Part shown: in pieces, positions 63,843 through 64,000 of the stretch
Layout of the letters: every line of letters begins with the position of its first letter
Numbering within the stretch: position 1 is the stretch's first letter
Assembly: GCA_964016885.1 (NCBI GenBank)
Contig: OZ024740.1
Coordinates: 24,056,001-24,120,000, forward strand
Reading direction: 5' to 3'
Origin: Eledone cirrhosa
Lineage: Eukaryota
DNA length: 64,000 bases
Notes under the pieces: generated by a model
What the model was told of the DNA's origin: nothing
Seen by the model: only the letters and a program-made list of their open reading frames with translations
Databases searched by the model: none
Program-made: the position numbers and the translations under genes

Positions 63843-64000
63843 CATATTAGGCTAGTCGTGATTTCAGGACCTCTCTTTCCCTTTCAAGACAAACTATGAT
63901 CAACACTAACCAGTTTTCTTCTTAATATCTGTTATCAATTAATTATAAATACTGTCTGTTCATTACATTGTGTATGGAAGACAGTTTCTTCTACCATAGC
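63843..64000. other. Unique, non-repetitive AT-rich flank
   Basis: Monomer periodicity and the T/G strand skew stop abruptly after 'gttgttcttgtttc'. The segment is too short to annotate. Confidence 0.85.

Noticed and set aside
41939-63855. Many short hydrophobic or Cys-rich ORFs (MLFLLLLLT, LCCSCYCY, YAVLVTVIN)
   Set aside because: These are three frames of the same 26/27-bp monomers, switching frame at each 26-bp unit. They are not membrane proteins or metallothioneins.
63940-63998. TATA-like tataaat (63,944-63,950) and a bulged hairpin (63,973-63,998)
   Set aside because: Short motifs in AT-rich sequence at the window edge, with no associated gene; consistent with chance.

Overview
About 99.7% of this window is tandem repeat, most likely from a eukaryotic genome; the taxon cannot be determined from the sequence. 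Array A (1 to ~41,610, open at the left edge) is a minisatellite of roughly 750 monomers (estimated from length), modal size 54 bp, consensus atg(gtt)n gtg gcg gtg gtt gYc act gtt gat gtt cct ttt. On the minus strand it reads as a mucin-like IKGTSTVTTTATTTTTTT in one frame and as HKRNINSDNHRHNNNNNN in another. A degenerate junction (~41,610-41,883) leads into array B (~41,884-63,842), built from two related monomers: a = ctatgctgttcttgttactgttattaa (27 bp) and b = ctatgctgttctcatYgctgttttac (26-27 bp). The last ~160 bp are unique sequence. Both arrays contain nested higher-order repeats (0.9-10.9 kb) that can be mapped from private variants. Nearly all ORFs in the track are by-products of triplet-based repeats. 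The only gene-like signal is a minus-strand ATG at 41,665 that opens ~680 Thr-rich codons; a +1/-1 frameshift pair then keeps that frame stop-free for 22.5 kb. Amplified stop codons and frameshifts in the Thr frame argue for a non-coding satellite or a decayed mucin-like exon. I found no RNA genes, transposon ORFs or CRISPR array, and I cannot demonstrate a new biological system here. The best leads are the frameshift-bracketed giant ORF and a possible shared coding origin of the two arrays.
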